DNA of 63,356 nucleotides, counting the filler, from Lenisia limosa (taxonomy: Eukaryota > Protista > Breviatea): NCBI GenBank assembly GCA_001655205.1. It is 19 parts of 19 records of this genome, joined end to end, with 100 filler letters (N's around TTAATTAATTAA, not from the genome) between each part and the next. Parts side by side here need not be neighbours in the genome. Positions count along the whole stretch, not along the records: positions 1 to 1,584 come from LPNZ01003484.1; positions 1,685 to 3,476 come from LPNZ01006488.1; positions 3,577 to 6,136 come from LPNZ01011188.1; positions 6,237 to 9,258 come from LPNZ01006035.1; positions 9,359 to 14,722 come from LPNZ01002794.1; 14 more parts are not named here. One strand, 5' to 3'. Position numbers and translations under genes: made by a program. Below the pieces are notes generated by a model that saw only the letters and a program-made list of their open reading frames with translations, made no database searches and had not been told where the DNA came from. Positions 1 through 11,305 of this stretch are shown here, one piece after another. Within the stretch, counting starts at the first letter, position 1. Every line of letters starts with the position of its first letter.

Positions 1-439
1 CTGATAGAGATATAGAATTATACTACACTATTAGTAATGAACCCAATCATTTTCCTTACAACTTTGTGCAGAGCTTTTTGCGTGCCTCTTCAGCATACAC
101 AGTTTATCCAATCTTATTCATCTGTATTGCATACTGTTTGATTGCGATGCGGCATGGAAGGCCGGGCTCGAGAATGACGTAATCAAATCCACCTCCTGAC
201 AAAAGTTAAGCTGAGTTGAAAGCGAACCAATAACCAGCGTATTTCAAGAATAGTGGGGCTTCACTTTCGGTTCCAAATAAGAGTGAATTCTCGATAAATC
301 CTCGATATGTACTACATGTACTATTCAATAATTATCAGGGCTTTTGAAACCGAAAGTAAAGCTCTAAAAACAATATATTCGGAACAAACTGGCTCAGAAG
401 CTGACAGTTTTGTTATTGTTATGCGATTTCTCTGCTTAC

Positions 440-1286
440 ATGAGGAGATGTTTTGGTGGGAAGATTCTCCACTGAAGTGGACTGATGGTCACCCAGTTGA
501 TGCATTATATACTCATCGGCCAATTCGTCTTCATGTGCGAGGAAGTCAGAGGATGGTTCTCCTACAAGGTCAGGGGGAGGGGGGTGAAAAGGAAACCCAA
601 AATCAACTCTGTTGGCTCAGCACTTTGGGAAACAAAACAAAAACAAACAAAGCCTAGGCCAGTCGCTTCTGCAGCATCACTCCAACAAAACAAAGCACAG
701 GCCAGTCGCTTCTGAAGCACCGCATCCCATCACTCCAGCGGAGTGTTTATGAAGCAAAAGACCAAACAACTGTTGGCTAAACAGTTGATACACAAGGGGG
801 GGGGGGGGGGGNNNNNNNNNNNNNNNNNNNNNNNNNNNNNNNNNNNNNNNNNNNNNNNNNNNNNNNNNNNNNNNNNNNNNNNNNNNNNNNNNNNNNNNNN
901 NNNNNNTTCTATATTACTTCTGTCCCCCCCTCCCCAAAGAAGAGAATATCCATTACTGCGTCACTTTCAGGTCTTCTTATTAAAAGAAGAAACATTCAAA
1001 CAATATACAAAAAATAAGGATATTCATTCTGTGACTTTAAGAACCGAAAGAATGAATATCAGTAGTTCACAGTCATGTTGTTGCTGACTTTTCTGTTGAG
1101 ACGGATCGTAGTGGTTCCGCGAGCCATGGGAAGGGGTCCTTTCCCTCTGAGAGTCGCCACTGTAATCTTCGGGGGTATTCTGATCCGGAGAGGACGAGTA
1201 CGGGGACTGATGCTGCTGAAAAGAGGGCTCCACGGTTTTTTGGGGGCTTCTTCTTTGAGGTGCTTGTTGAGTTGGTTCTGGAGTGC
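440..1286 (-). CDS. Hypothetical hydrophilic protein, partial (exons about 1286-1071 and 561-440)
   Basis: Open minus-strand exons TPEPTQQAPQRRSPQK...QQQHD and EPSSDFLAHEDELADEY...KTSPH are bounded by AG/GT, with a GTAAGC donor at 439. Direct joining gives a stop, so an exon is probably lost in the gap. Strand assignment is not certain. Confidence 0.4.
575..735 (-). repeat. Repeat family C copy (about 150 bp, non-TIR, ends in pyrimidine/C-run)
   Basis: Reverse complement of the GGATGCGGTGCTGCAGAAGCGACTGGCC...GTCAGCCAACAGAGTTGATTTTGGG...TTTCACCCCC consensus. Also seen at 3893-4020, 14550-14720, 19340-19555, 22195-22350, 25495-25610, 33935-34027, 46555-46600, 60670-60768, 61080-61213 and 63290-63356. 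Confidence 0.85.
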
Positions 1287-1584
1287 CTATTCGAAATTAG
1301 ATAAAACTCAAAATGACTGAAGGGCCAACTGAGAAATTAATAATGACGTACCTGACTGAAGATCATGCTAATAAGAGACATTTTGGATGATAGTATATAA
1401 TACTAATTCACCCAGTATCATTTGCCATCATAGGCATTGGTAGATCACAGCGTGTGGGCTCAGAAGTATGGGAATTTGTTTATAGTATCCCTATGTATTT
1501 CTTTGTTTCCCAAGATTTCTAATGTATTATTTCTCTTGCTCAAAAGTTTAGTTCAGGCCGAAGCCGTCCAGAACAACCCCTCTC

Positions 1585-1684
1585 NNNNNNNNNNNNNNNN
1601 NNNNNNNNNNNNNNNNNNNNNNNNNNNNTTAATTAATTAANNNNNNNNNNNNNNNNNNNNNNNNNNNNNNNNNNNNNNNNNNNN
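1585..1684. other. Artificial scaffold linker (N44-TTAATTAATTAA-N44), first of 18
   Basis: The same 12-mer, with stops in all six frames, is centred in a 100-nt N block at 1629, 3521, 6181, 9303, 14767, 18379, 20827, 22488, 24278, 27773, 32325, 35570, 46022, 48998, 52275, 56885, 59928 and 61583. Confidence 0.97.
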
Positions 1685-2898
1685 GGGTGATGGCAATATT
1701 GGTGGTGGCGCACTCTCACACACGCACACATACACATATTTTCAGATGATTGTTTTGACAGAATAGTTGTTTTGGACCTTCGGAAGAAGCTCAGTTCTAG
1801 CAACGAACCAACCATCCAATCCTCGCCCCAAACAGGCAAACACACCAACCCTGTTTGGTAAGCGACAAAAGAGGCTTATTTTGGGGAATGTTTGCCTTAA
1901 AAACCGGAGCAACTTACCATATTAGGCAAGTGTTGTGGCAAGAGGATGACCTAGCCAAGAACCTGAACCTAGTCTCCGTGTCGGGTGACGGAACTGTTGC
2001 TGGGTGGACTGTTGTCAAGAACGTGTTGGTCCACACCGTGAGGGGGGCTTTCCTACTTAGCTACCATAATATATACATGTACCTTATGAAACAATGCCTA
2101 TTTGGAAAGATCTACGCCCCTCCTTGCTGGTTGCTTTATTTTTTGTTTGGAGAAGATTCAGATTATTCGGTTCGTGATTAGTTCATTTACGCCATTATTC
2201 TTCATCGAAATTTCCTTCACCCCTCCCCCCCCCCCTCGTAGAAGATCTTAGATCTGGAGCGCAACCTGCCTGCTGATGATGATACGGACCAACTCGAGGT
2301 CTTCAACATCACTGGCGGCACTTGCATTGAGTTCAATAAAGTTGGATATTATTGTAATAAGTAGGGCTTCACTTCTGTTCGAAAAAAGACTGAATTTCTT
2401 GATAAATCTTCGAAAACTATCGATATTTTCCGGTATTTTTCGAACCGAAGTGAAGCCCTTGTATAATGTGGGATATTATTGTGTATTTTATATTCAACAA
2501 GGTTGGGGATGGTACGCTGGAGTGTTATAATAGGAGAGAAGTTCAACAAGTTGGGGTATTGTATGTCATAATTCTCTTATGTGTGANNNNNNNNNNNNNN
2601 NNNNNNNNNNNNNNNNNNNNNNNNNNNNNNNNNNNNNNNNNNNNNNNNNNNNNNNNNNNNNNNNNNNNNNNNNNNNNNNNNNNNNNNNNNNNNNNNGAAT
2701 TTATATACTACTTTTATCCAATACCTCTTCTAAGCGTGATGGTGTGGACGGCGTCTGCAAGAGACCTATTTTTTTTTCATCTCTACATACATAATAACGT
2801 CCTAGGCGTCCGACCACCTTTTCCTGTTGGGAACCGAGGATGGAACCATCCACAAATGCAGCAAGGCCTACAACTCGCAGTACCTCCACACCTTCCAT
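1685..2898 (+). CDS. DNAI1: Axonemal outer-arm dynein intermediate chain 1 (WD40), partial; exons 1685-1701, 1767-1857, 1926-2037, 2242-2340, 2806-2898
   Basis: Spliced: [13 protein letters not shown]...[40 protein letters not shown]...[40 protein letters not shown]. This matches DNAI1/IC78 (KHSDPVWQVKWQKDD...[32 protein letters not shown]). Intron phases are consistent. Confidence 0.92.
2362..2460. mobile_element. MITE family A copy (hAT-like)
   Basis: TIRs TAGGGCTTCACTTC(G/T)GTTCGAAAAA ... TTTTTCGAACCGAAGTGAAGCCCT; lies in a DNAI1 intron. Confidence 0.9.
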
Positions 2899-3576
2899 GT
2901 ATGATTTTTTGCAATCTTCCATCGTTCAAACTCTACACTCCCCCCCATTAATTCACCCATTACCCCCCTCCCCCGCCGCTGGANNNNNNNNNNNNNNNNN
3001 NNNNNNNNNNNNNNNNNNNNNNNNNNNNNNNNNNNNNNNNNNNNNNNNNNNNNNNNNNNNNNNNNNNNNNNNNNNNNNNNNNNNNNNNNNNNNNNNNNNN
3101 NNNNNNNNNNNNNNNNNNNNNNNNNNNNNNNNNNNNNNNNNNNNNNNNNNNNNNNNNNNNNNNNNNNNNNNNNNNNNNNNNNNNNNNNNNNNNNNNNNNN
3201 NNNNNNNNNNNNNNNNNNNNNNNNNNNNNNNNNNNNNNNNNNNNNNGGGTGGTAATTCAGAAAATTGGCTCGGATTTTCGTTCAATTTTCTGTAAGATTG
3301 GCGCATATTGAACGTGATTTACACCAAAGCTTGGAGTCTTTCAAACTGAAGAAACGGGAAGTTATTAACAACAAAAGTAATTCGTTTCAAAGAAGATCTT
3401 AGAACAATTTCCTAACAGCATCAGTGACAATTTTTTGAAAGCATCTGACAATTTTTTGAAAGCTTTAAGGGGGGATNNNNNNNNNNNNNNNNNNNNNNNN
3501 NNNNNNNNNNNNNNNNNNNNTTAATTAATTAANNNNNNNNNNNNNNNNNNNNNNNNNNNNNNNNNNNNNNNNNNNN

Positions 3577-6053
3577 GATTCTTTGTTGGACCTCAAGCAC
3601 CGTTTTCCATGCACGAGAAACATGGTAGGTCACTGGATGAGTTGCGGTGCTAAGCGACAGGCCTGGGCTTTGTTTGTTGGAGCGAAGGGATGGGTGCTAA
3701 GAGACAGGCCTGGGCTTTGTTTGGTTAGGGCTTAAAAACACTTCGGTTCGAAAAAAAAGAATGAATTTCTCGATTTATCTTCCAAAACTATCAAATTATA
3801 TCAGACCGAAGCCGTAGATGTCATTGTTTTACCTGTGATGAGTTGACATTATAATGAATGGGTTTGTGAAAGCTTCAGACCCCCTCCCTCCCAATGGGAT
3901 GCGGTGCTGGTCTGGGCGTTGTTTGTTTTGTTGTTATTAACTCTTGTGTGTGTGTTGTCATCCAACAGAGTTGATTTTGGTCTTTATTTGTTTCATAAAT
4001 TTTTCAATTTTACCCCCCTTTGTTATTGCTTGGTCGGTTTTATTTTGGTTGGAGTTTCGTTTTACCCCCTGTGTTTTTTTCATCAGGTTTTTGTCCGTTT
4101 AAAAGTTTGTTGCCTGTGTGTTATGCTGTGTGCACAGAGTTGTAAGGCAAATGATTGGAATTAATATAATACTATAATCCAATATCTCTAAGATTATTCA
4201 GCTTTGCGACAATATTTCATCGAAACTTCCTTCGTTTTACAATATTTCTTCATCGAAATTCCCTTCGTTTAACCCCCCCCCCCCNNNNNNNNNNNNNNNN
4301 NNNNNNNNNNNNNNNNNNNNNNNNNNNNNNNNNNNNNNNNNNNNNNNNNNNNNNNNNNNNNAGCTTCATTGGCTGCGCGCACTTTTTCAATGCGCGCACG
4401 CAACGTGGCTATCTTCTCTGCGCCCTCCCCCACATTGTTTATTATGTCTACTATGTGTCCTATATGTAAGTCCCACTCCCCCACGTATATAGTGTCTTCT
4501 ATAATGCAATATTTGTGCATATTGGAGTGGACGGCTTTATTTCTCATCTCCATATGATATATACATGTATATCTGATATATATATATATATATAATTATA
4601 TATATACTACATGTACTATACATGTTCTTATTATTTATAATTATATAATAATATGCTTATGTGTTTGAGCTTGGGTGTTTCCCAGAATTTGGTGAGAAGT
4701 TGTAGTTAATGCAACAAATGCAATTGCGTCACGATTCTAGGCTCTTCGTTAAGTTTGACTACGGCTGGCACGTGGACACAGGAATTCAAATCATCTCCAC
4801 GCACATCCTGTTTTGGACGCTGTACTTCTACTCAAATTGGAACCGGTAAGGGGCGCATGTAGGGCTTCACCGGTCCAAAAAAGACCGGTAAAATATATCG
4901 ATAGTTTTCGGGGATTTATCAAGACATTCAGTCTTTTTTTGAATTGAAGTGAAGCACTAGTGGCAAGTTATTGGTTTATCTTGTGATGGCTATACCTTGG
5001 ACGGTCCGAACAATCTGTAACACATCGATATGTAATACATAGCATATTGCAATGAGAAATAAAAAACATGGTTGTATATGTCCAAAGCCGTCCCTTATAA
5101 AAGATATTGGATTATTGTATCTGGCCGAAGCCGTCNNNNNNNNNNNNNNNNNNNNNNNNNNNNNNNNNNNNNNNNNNNNNNNNNNNNNNNNNNNNNNNNN
5201 NNNNNNNNNNNNNNNNNNNNNNNNNNNNNAATGTCTGAAATCCTCAAATGAATAGCGATATTCTTACTGGCTTCACCTCGGGCTTACTTCGGTTCGAAAA
5301 AAATGGATTTCTCGATAAATCCTCGAAAAAAAAAAAACTTTCGATATTTTCCTGGATTTTGTCGAACCGAAGTGAAGCCCAAGTTTCAGCCGAAATGCTC
5401 AAGTTGATCTTGTGAAAATCTCAGAGACTGACGACAAAAGAACCGAATTAGTACGATACTATAATCCAATATCTCCTCTAAGAGTGATGGTNNNNNNNNN
5501 NNNNNNNNNNNNNNNNNNNNNNNNNNNGATACTATAATCCAATATCTCTTATAATCGTGAGTACTATATCTTTGGGTCCAATACAGATAGAATTCTCGAA
5601 ATATCCTCGATAAATGTCGATATTTCATATGTCTTTTAAACCGAAATGGAGAACACGAAGAATGTGCATTAAATAAATCAAGGGGAAACAAAGAAATACA
5701 TTGGGGTACAATAAAAAAGGTGTTTTTTTTTTTTACTTTTTTTCTTCTTTTTTTANNNNNNNNNNNNNNNNNNNNNNNNNNNNNNNNNNNNNNNNNNNNN
5801 NNNNNNNNNNNNNNNNNNNNNNNNNNNNNNNNNNNNNNNNNNNNNNNNNNNNNNNNNNNNNNNNNNNNNNNNNNNNNNNNNNNNNNNNNNNNNNNNNNNN
5901 NNNNNNNNNNNNNNNNNNNNNNNNNNNNNNNNNNNNNNNNNNNNNNNNNNNNNNNNNGCCGTTAGAGAGGTGGCCTGGAAGTTCTTCATTGCCCTTCTGG
6001 CCCTTCTTTTCTGCGCTCCCTTTGAACTCTATGACTTCTACCCACTATGGAAG
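3577..6053 (+). CDS. PGAP3: Post-GPI attachment to proteins factor 3 / Per1, partial; exons 3577-3624, about 4362-4465, 4741-4845, about 5958-6053
   Basis: ILCWTSSTVFHARETW resembles WFWSTVFHTRDT; YYVSYMLFVKFDYGWH resembles VHVSYLSLIRFDYGYN; FCAPFELYDFYPLWK resembles LSLLELLDFPPLFW. Donors are canonical GT. Confidence 0.85.
4860..4959. mobile_element. MITE family A copy
   Basis: TAGGGCTTCAC ... GTGAAGCACTA, 14 nt after a PGAP3 donor. Confidence 0.8.
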
Positions 6054-6436
6054 GTTTGTAGGACTCCTTTATAGTTATTATTATATTATTATTAATTTGC
6101 TTACTAAAATCCAATATCTCTTATAAGCGTGATGGTNNNNNNNNNNNNNNNNNNNNNNNNNNNNNNNNNNNNNNNNNNNNTTAATTAATTAANNNNNNNN
6201 NNNNNNNNNNNNNNNNNNNNNNNNNNNNNNNNNNNNGTAAAGCTGTAGAACAAGGGGTAGACAGAGCTAAGGACGTATTCCGCCCTAAATAGTCAGCAAT
6301 TGATCACTTGGAGAAGGGTAATAAAGTGGTATCACACCATCACGCTAAGAGAAATTTGTCCACTTTTAATTGTAGCCAACAATTTCGCAACAGAGGTAGC
6401 TATATGAAAACTAAATTCAATAATATATACTATATC

Positions 6437-6522
6437 TAGAGCTTCACTTCGGTTCAAAAAAAGACTATATATCTCGAAAAATCCTCGAAAACTATCGATT
6501 CCCGAACTGAAGTGAAGCCTTA
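6437..6522. mobile_element. MITE family A copy with 8-bp TSD
   Basis: TIRs flanked by ACTATATC / ATTATATC (7 of 8 match). Confidence 0.85.
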
Positions 6523-6637
6523 ATTATATCATATAGTATGTCATATTGACTGCGTATAAATAGCTACATATGATGATGGGATATTGAAGACCATACGCAA
6601 AACTCAATATTTAAGATCTCCCAGGATCCACACCCAC

Positions 6638-8156
6638 CATTCGCGGGTGCTGATAAGGACTCCATGCACACGTTCAACAAGGACTTGGTATCCTTCTTTG
6701 GTTGACTACAGATAATTATTGCCTGAAGAAGGAAGAAAAGAATGACGAGAAAAAGATTGAAGAAGAAAGGAAGGAGAAGAAAAAAGAGAAGAAGGAACGC
6801 GAAAAAGATAAAGAAGAAAAGAAAAGATATAGAAGGGGGGTCGTCATTTATACATGTAGTATATACATTTTTTTCGGCTTGACCCCCCTACCCCCTTGTA
6901 NNNNNNNNNNNNNNNNNNNNNNNNNNNNNNNNNNNNNNNNNNNNNNNNNNNNNNNNNNNNNNNNNNNNNNNNNNNNNNNNNNNNNNNNNNNNNNNNNNNN
7001 NNNNNNNNNNNNNNNNNNNNNNNNNNNNNNATTGCATGACTGGCCATGTTATTGTTTAATGAAGCTTAATCGTCAAACTTTTTTCGGTTCCTACATTTCC
7101 AACACCCTGTAGCCAAATCAATTATTACATATCATACGTAAATATATGATAAAATATGTTTATTGATGAGAAAAATAAAGAGGCAGTATATGGCCGAATC
7201 CACTTATACTCCGTCCCGCGGCCATACAAAGCCGAGAAAAAAAAAGCCGACTTGAGCACTGCGCGGGCATTGTCATCTCAGTTTTCACAATATCAGGCCA
7301 AAGCCGTCCACATAATCACGTCTATAATGGAAATTGATGATAGCATAAAGCCGAAGCCAATCACATCATCATGTTACGGGGTATATTGATGAGAGTACTC
7401 TACCGAAAACCAACATCATGGCTATCAGGGATATTGCGTTCATAATCTGACCGAAGCTGTCCAAAGCATTAGGCAGGTTTACTACAACGTGCTATGAATT
7501 CACCCAATTACAAGCTTCGGGCCATTTACAACAAGATTGATTTAACCATCATCACTTCCCCGGAACCCCATCAAGGGGTTTACTGAAATTTGGCAAATAA
7601 CTTAATAACATACTAATTCATGTCTAAAAGTATTCATCCGGAGAAAAATCTGCAATTCAACTCCAGCAAAATGAGAAAATGAGGTTTGATAGAGATGTTG
7701 TGCGATTAGTGACATCCCTGACTCCCACCTCAGTAACGACTTGGATAAGGACACACGACAGGATCGCCACAAAAAGAACACTCAATGACACCAACGAGAG
7801 CTCATCAAACGCAATGTAAACGATTGCCGGCGCCAGAGTTCCGATCAGTACCAGGAAGGTTGTGGCTGAATCCTGAGGCAGAGGTGAGGCAGAGAGCGAT
7901 AAAAAGGACTAGGTTGCCAAAAGCCGCTTCACCAACTCTGTTTCCATCAAGACGTTCGTTAGCGAGGGCAATGGCATCGTCCCTACGTTGCCAACCCCTG
8001 AACTGTGATAACCTGAAGAAATAGCCGCCGGTTAGTATATATTTGGCAATAACATGTCCATATGACTTCAGTAGTATCGCCTGGAAGGCCATCACTGCCT
8101 TGGGAGAAGAATATCACTCCAAACCTAAGGGTTGCCGATTCGTTGGTGGCCTTCAT
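6638..8156 (-). CDS. Hypothetical membrane protein, 5' part
   Basis: ATG at 8156. Spliced reading MKATNESATLRFG...VIWTCYHSSGVGNVGTMPLPSL...ETELDSATTFLVLIGTLAPAIVYIAFDELSLVSLSVLFVAILSCVLIQVVTE uses a 41-nt intron (with an ACTAAC branch-like site) and a 60-nt intron. A further exon AIIICSQPKKDTKSLLNVCMESL lies at 6722-6638. Confidence 0.5.
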
Positions 8157-8560
8157 TGCTCGCTCTTTTTAGTTGATATAATAATTTCTGATAACATATC
8201 GAGGTAGTATTAGCATAACACGCTTTGGTGAAAACTGGCTATTACTCCTTGGACGTACCAAGTTCTCTTATATACCTTATTATTAAGTTATTATCAGGTT
8301 ATTATGTTTTAGTTGCGAGCTGCAGAGTTGCAGACCACAATCCGCACAATTTCCCGTTCATATAAAATCCTAGTACCAGTGATTCTGTTTAAAGCAATTG
8401 TCAGAAAGAAAAACAGTCTTTACTCCCTTACATTACTACTATCAGAAGCACAGCTACAAATTACGGTTGACAGTTCACAATTTAGCAAGGTCAGCGCATT
8501 GTCATGTGAGATTGAGGACACCACACAGCACATATCCTTTCTACTGCCCCAACAACGAAA
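8157..8560. promoter_or_regulatory. Putative bidirectional promoter region
   Basis: About 400 bp between divergent ATGs at 8156 (-) and 8561 (+); inferred from gene models only. Confidence 0.4.
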
Positions 8561-9258
8561 ATGGTGAAGTCTAAGAAGGCTCAAGCCTTCCCCTCGGAGT
8601 TCACGGACTTCATCGAAGCCGTTCGTCAGAACCCTACCCTGCTTCTCCCTCCTGCCCCCTCAGAAGCTGAAGATTACAAGGGAATCAAAATGGTTAAGGC
8701 TGCCCTTGAGGCTGTCAACAAGATGATTGTGAGCGAGGAGAAGAAGCTCTTGAAGGAAGGCGTGATCTCAGAGCCATTCTCGTCATTGAACACTGTGGGA
8801 GCCGAGCATTTCAGCCCGGAAAAGGTTGGGGGTTAGGTGTTATTCAAATGGTTTGGAGGCTATTGTAATGGGTGTGAAAGATGCTGGGTGATTGGGGCTA
8901 TGTTACTTGAAACGAAGATTTGGAGAATGGAGATTTACATGTGGGTTTTATCATGCTAAGAGATAAATCATGCCAAAGAACTAAACACATCCGGAATTGT
9001 CTTCAGAGTTGTTAGGTAAATGATTGGGTGAATTAATATTATACTATATTGTAACTGGGGAGGCACACAGAAAGCTGTGTTCTCTTATCATCCAATTTTT
9101 TTTGCCCGTGTCTCTTTATAGGAAGGGGCTAATTGTCAAAATATCCTTCGTTTTAAGTTGATTTGGTTTTTTTTGTTTCACACCTTTTCTAATTATTACC
9201 CCTCCCCAGGTCTCAGAATTATTACACACGCGTCTCAACCCCCTGCTGAAGTACCTGC
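8561..9258 (+). CDS. MPHOSPH10: U3 snoRNP protein MPP10, N-terminal part; exons 8561-8824, 9210-9258
   Basis: MVKSKK...FIEAVRQNPTLLL...EPFSSLNTVGAEHFSPEK|VSELLHTRLNPLLKYL resembles the MPP10 N-terminus (SPLQKLVIENFDDEQIWQQLELQNEPILQYF). Phase-0 intron. Confidence 0.6.
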
Positions 9259-10511
9259 NNNNNNNNNNNNNNNNNNNNNNNNNNNNNNNNNNNNNNNNNN
9301 NNTTAATTAATTAANNNNNNNNNNNNNNNNNNNNNNNNNNNNNNNNNNNNNNNNNNNNAAAAAAAAAAAAAACAATATATATATAAAAAAAAACAAGCAA
9401 TAACCCCAAGGTAAAAAGCAGCTACACCCTTGGTACTCAAATACGTCCCACTCTATCAAGCTTCTGTTAAAGTCCCCACCACTTTCAAAAATAAAGTATT
9501 GTTACCTGAAATAGCTATCAATTATTATCTTGGAAGCCAGTATATTAAACCAAGTTTATCGGATATCAAACTAACTGCCATTATTACCGATTCGACTTCA
9601 ATAATTTTATTATGTAGAGATGAGAAAAACAAGTATCTGTTCGAAGCCGTCCAAACCATCATGCTTATATGGGAGATTGGATTATTATAATATTAATTAA
9701 TTCACTCAGTGATATACCTTACAACTCTCATTATTCTGCGTGCCTACTCACCATTTAGCCAGATATAGTTGCCAATTACATTAATAAGATGTTTAATATA
9801 TGACACCAATTATTACTATGGGGTATTACCATACCAATTTATTTTCTGATGTGATTGCAGCGGATATGAGGCTATTTATAATATCATATCAGTTTTTTTC
9901 ATACCATAAACTATACCGTTTTGTATCGTTCCAGTGTAGCCAGCATACCACTGAAAAGGAGAAGGGTCATGAACAACGTCACTCCAAGAGTTTCCTGTGA
10001 AATAAGAAGAACAACCCAGACATTCCAATAACATTATCAAGCCCTAGAAGACAATATCAATTCACTCTCATTATGAGGAAAAGTTGCCTCATCTCTTTCA
10101 TTAAAACTCCAAGAATGTCCAGAAACCCACAGCATGCTGGACTCTAAAGAGCTTCTCAATCTGAGGGTTCGAGAAATTCAGTAAGAATTTGGAAAGGACA
10201 TTGTCCGCAGGTAACTGCTCGTTGTGCGGTCTGACTGGTCAGATACTTCCGAACTCATTGTTTCAAACCTTAAGAGCGGAGGGAGGGCACGAGGGGCGTC
10301 ATTAGAATCGGAAAGGCCAGAGAACCGACGCTCAAGCAGAGGCATTTTCCTGCAACAATTCCTACTTAATGCTTTTATTACATTATCGAGTTCTAAATTT
10401 CCATTGAATTACTGTCTTGCAACTATCTTGTTACTGTTCGTAACTGTTTTGAAAAGTGATCTAGACCTAGGGAACCATCCTGCCATTTTCCCTTTAAAGC
10501 CCCAACTTTCT

Positions 10512-10847
10512 CTATTTTAGTCGTTGTTTGAAGAAAGAAATGGATTTAATCAATTGTAATAATTGTAAGTGAACAGGATAGAGTAATTCTTGTATTTCCT
10601 GGCAAACTTTTTTGAGACAGAAGAAGCCTTCTCCGATAGCTATCACTATGTAGTAGTCACGGAAATATGTAAATAAATAGTCAGAAGCGTGAAAGGCGGT
10701 CATAAGACCCCTTCGCTTTTCGACAAGATGCAATCGCCATATCAGGTATTTTGCTATTTGGGGCTCCAAGTACAGTGTTCTCTTCGTTGTCAATACGTCA
10801 TATAGGGGTTTTAGCCTAATTATATAATTAAGTCTTTCAATATCCAT
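10512..10847 (-). CDS. Hypothetical 111-aa protein, apparently intronless
   Basis: Uninterrupted ATG-to-stop ORF with protein-like composition and no repeat content; no family recognised. Confidence 0.4.
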   Translation of the reverse strand: MDIERLNYIIRLKPLYDVLTTKRTLYLEPQIAKYLIWRLHLVEKRRGLMTAFHASDYLFTYFRDYYIVIAIGEGFFCLKKVCQEIQELLYPVHLQLLQLIKSISFFKQRLK

Positions 10848-11105
10848 GGCTTGTTAGGAGCAAGTTTTCTTTTTTTTGCCCATATGTATAACGGCCTACG
10901 TTGTTATGACTGGGGGCTTGATAGCTGCGTCATTTTAGATGAGCTATGAAGGCGACTGTGTTGGAGATCCCAACAGGATAAGGTTGAATAGAATGTATGG
11001 TTGTTTAGTAGCCGCATGATTCCAACGGTTTGTTCCCCCTTGCCCTCTTTAAACTCCTCCTATCCAACAAATAGCACAGCTGTAGCCACATTTGACTGTT
11101 TTTAG

Positions 11106-11271
11106 GCCCAACATCGGCCGGCCCGAGCATCAACATTGTCCCCCGGGGGCATGGCTATTTCTTCTTTTAGCGTACCGGCAAGCCCATCAACCCCGATATC
11201 ACTCCATCGTCTCCCCGCTTCCACTCCGTCATCACCCGGTGCGGGAGGGGAGGCTTAGGTTTTATTTGTGT

Positions 11272-11305
<34 letters not shown>

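Noticed and set aside
455-568. Plus-strand exon LMVTQLMHYILIGQFVFMCEEVRGWFSYK with an AAG|GTCAGGGG donor
   Set aside because: The minus strand gives an equally open exon with a GTAAGC donor, and the B and C repeats on this scaffold point minus. The G/C symmetry of splice regions makes false antisense sites. Not fully excluded.
1629-1640. TTAATTAATTAA recurring 18 times as a biological repeat or array
   Set aside because: It is always centred in exactly 100 nt with N flanks and has stops in six frames, so it is an assembly linker. Gene neighbourhoods across linkers are therefore meaningless.
6702-7112. Lys/Glu-rich ORF (KEEKNDEKKIEEE...)
   Set aside because: It is the reverse complement of a long polypyrimidine tract preceding a minus-strand acceptor, and it runs into a gap.
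10125-10210. Non-standard code (TAA=Gln), suggested by MLDSKELLNLRVREIQ*EFGKDIVR and similar reads near 52430
   Set aside because: All confidently identified exons (DNAI1, PGAP3, AP4M1, PDE, cyclase) use CAA/CAG for Gln and contain no in-frame TAA/TAG. These isolated cases are better explained by wrong frame or strand.
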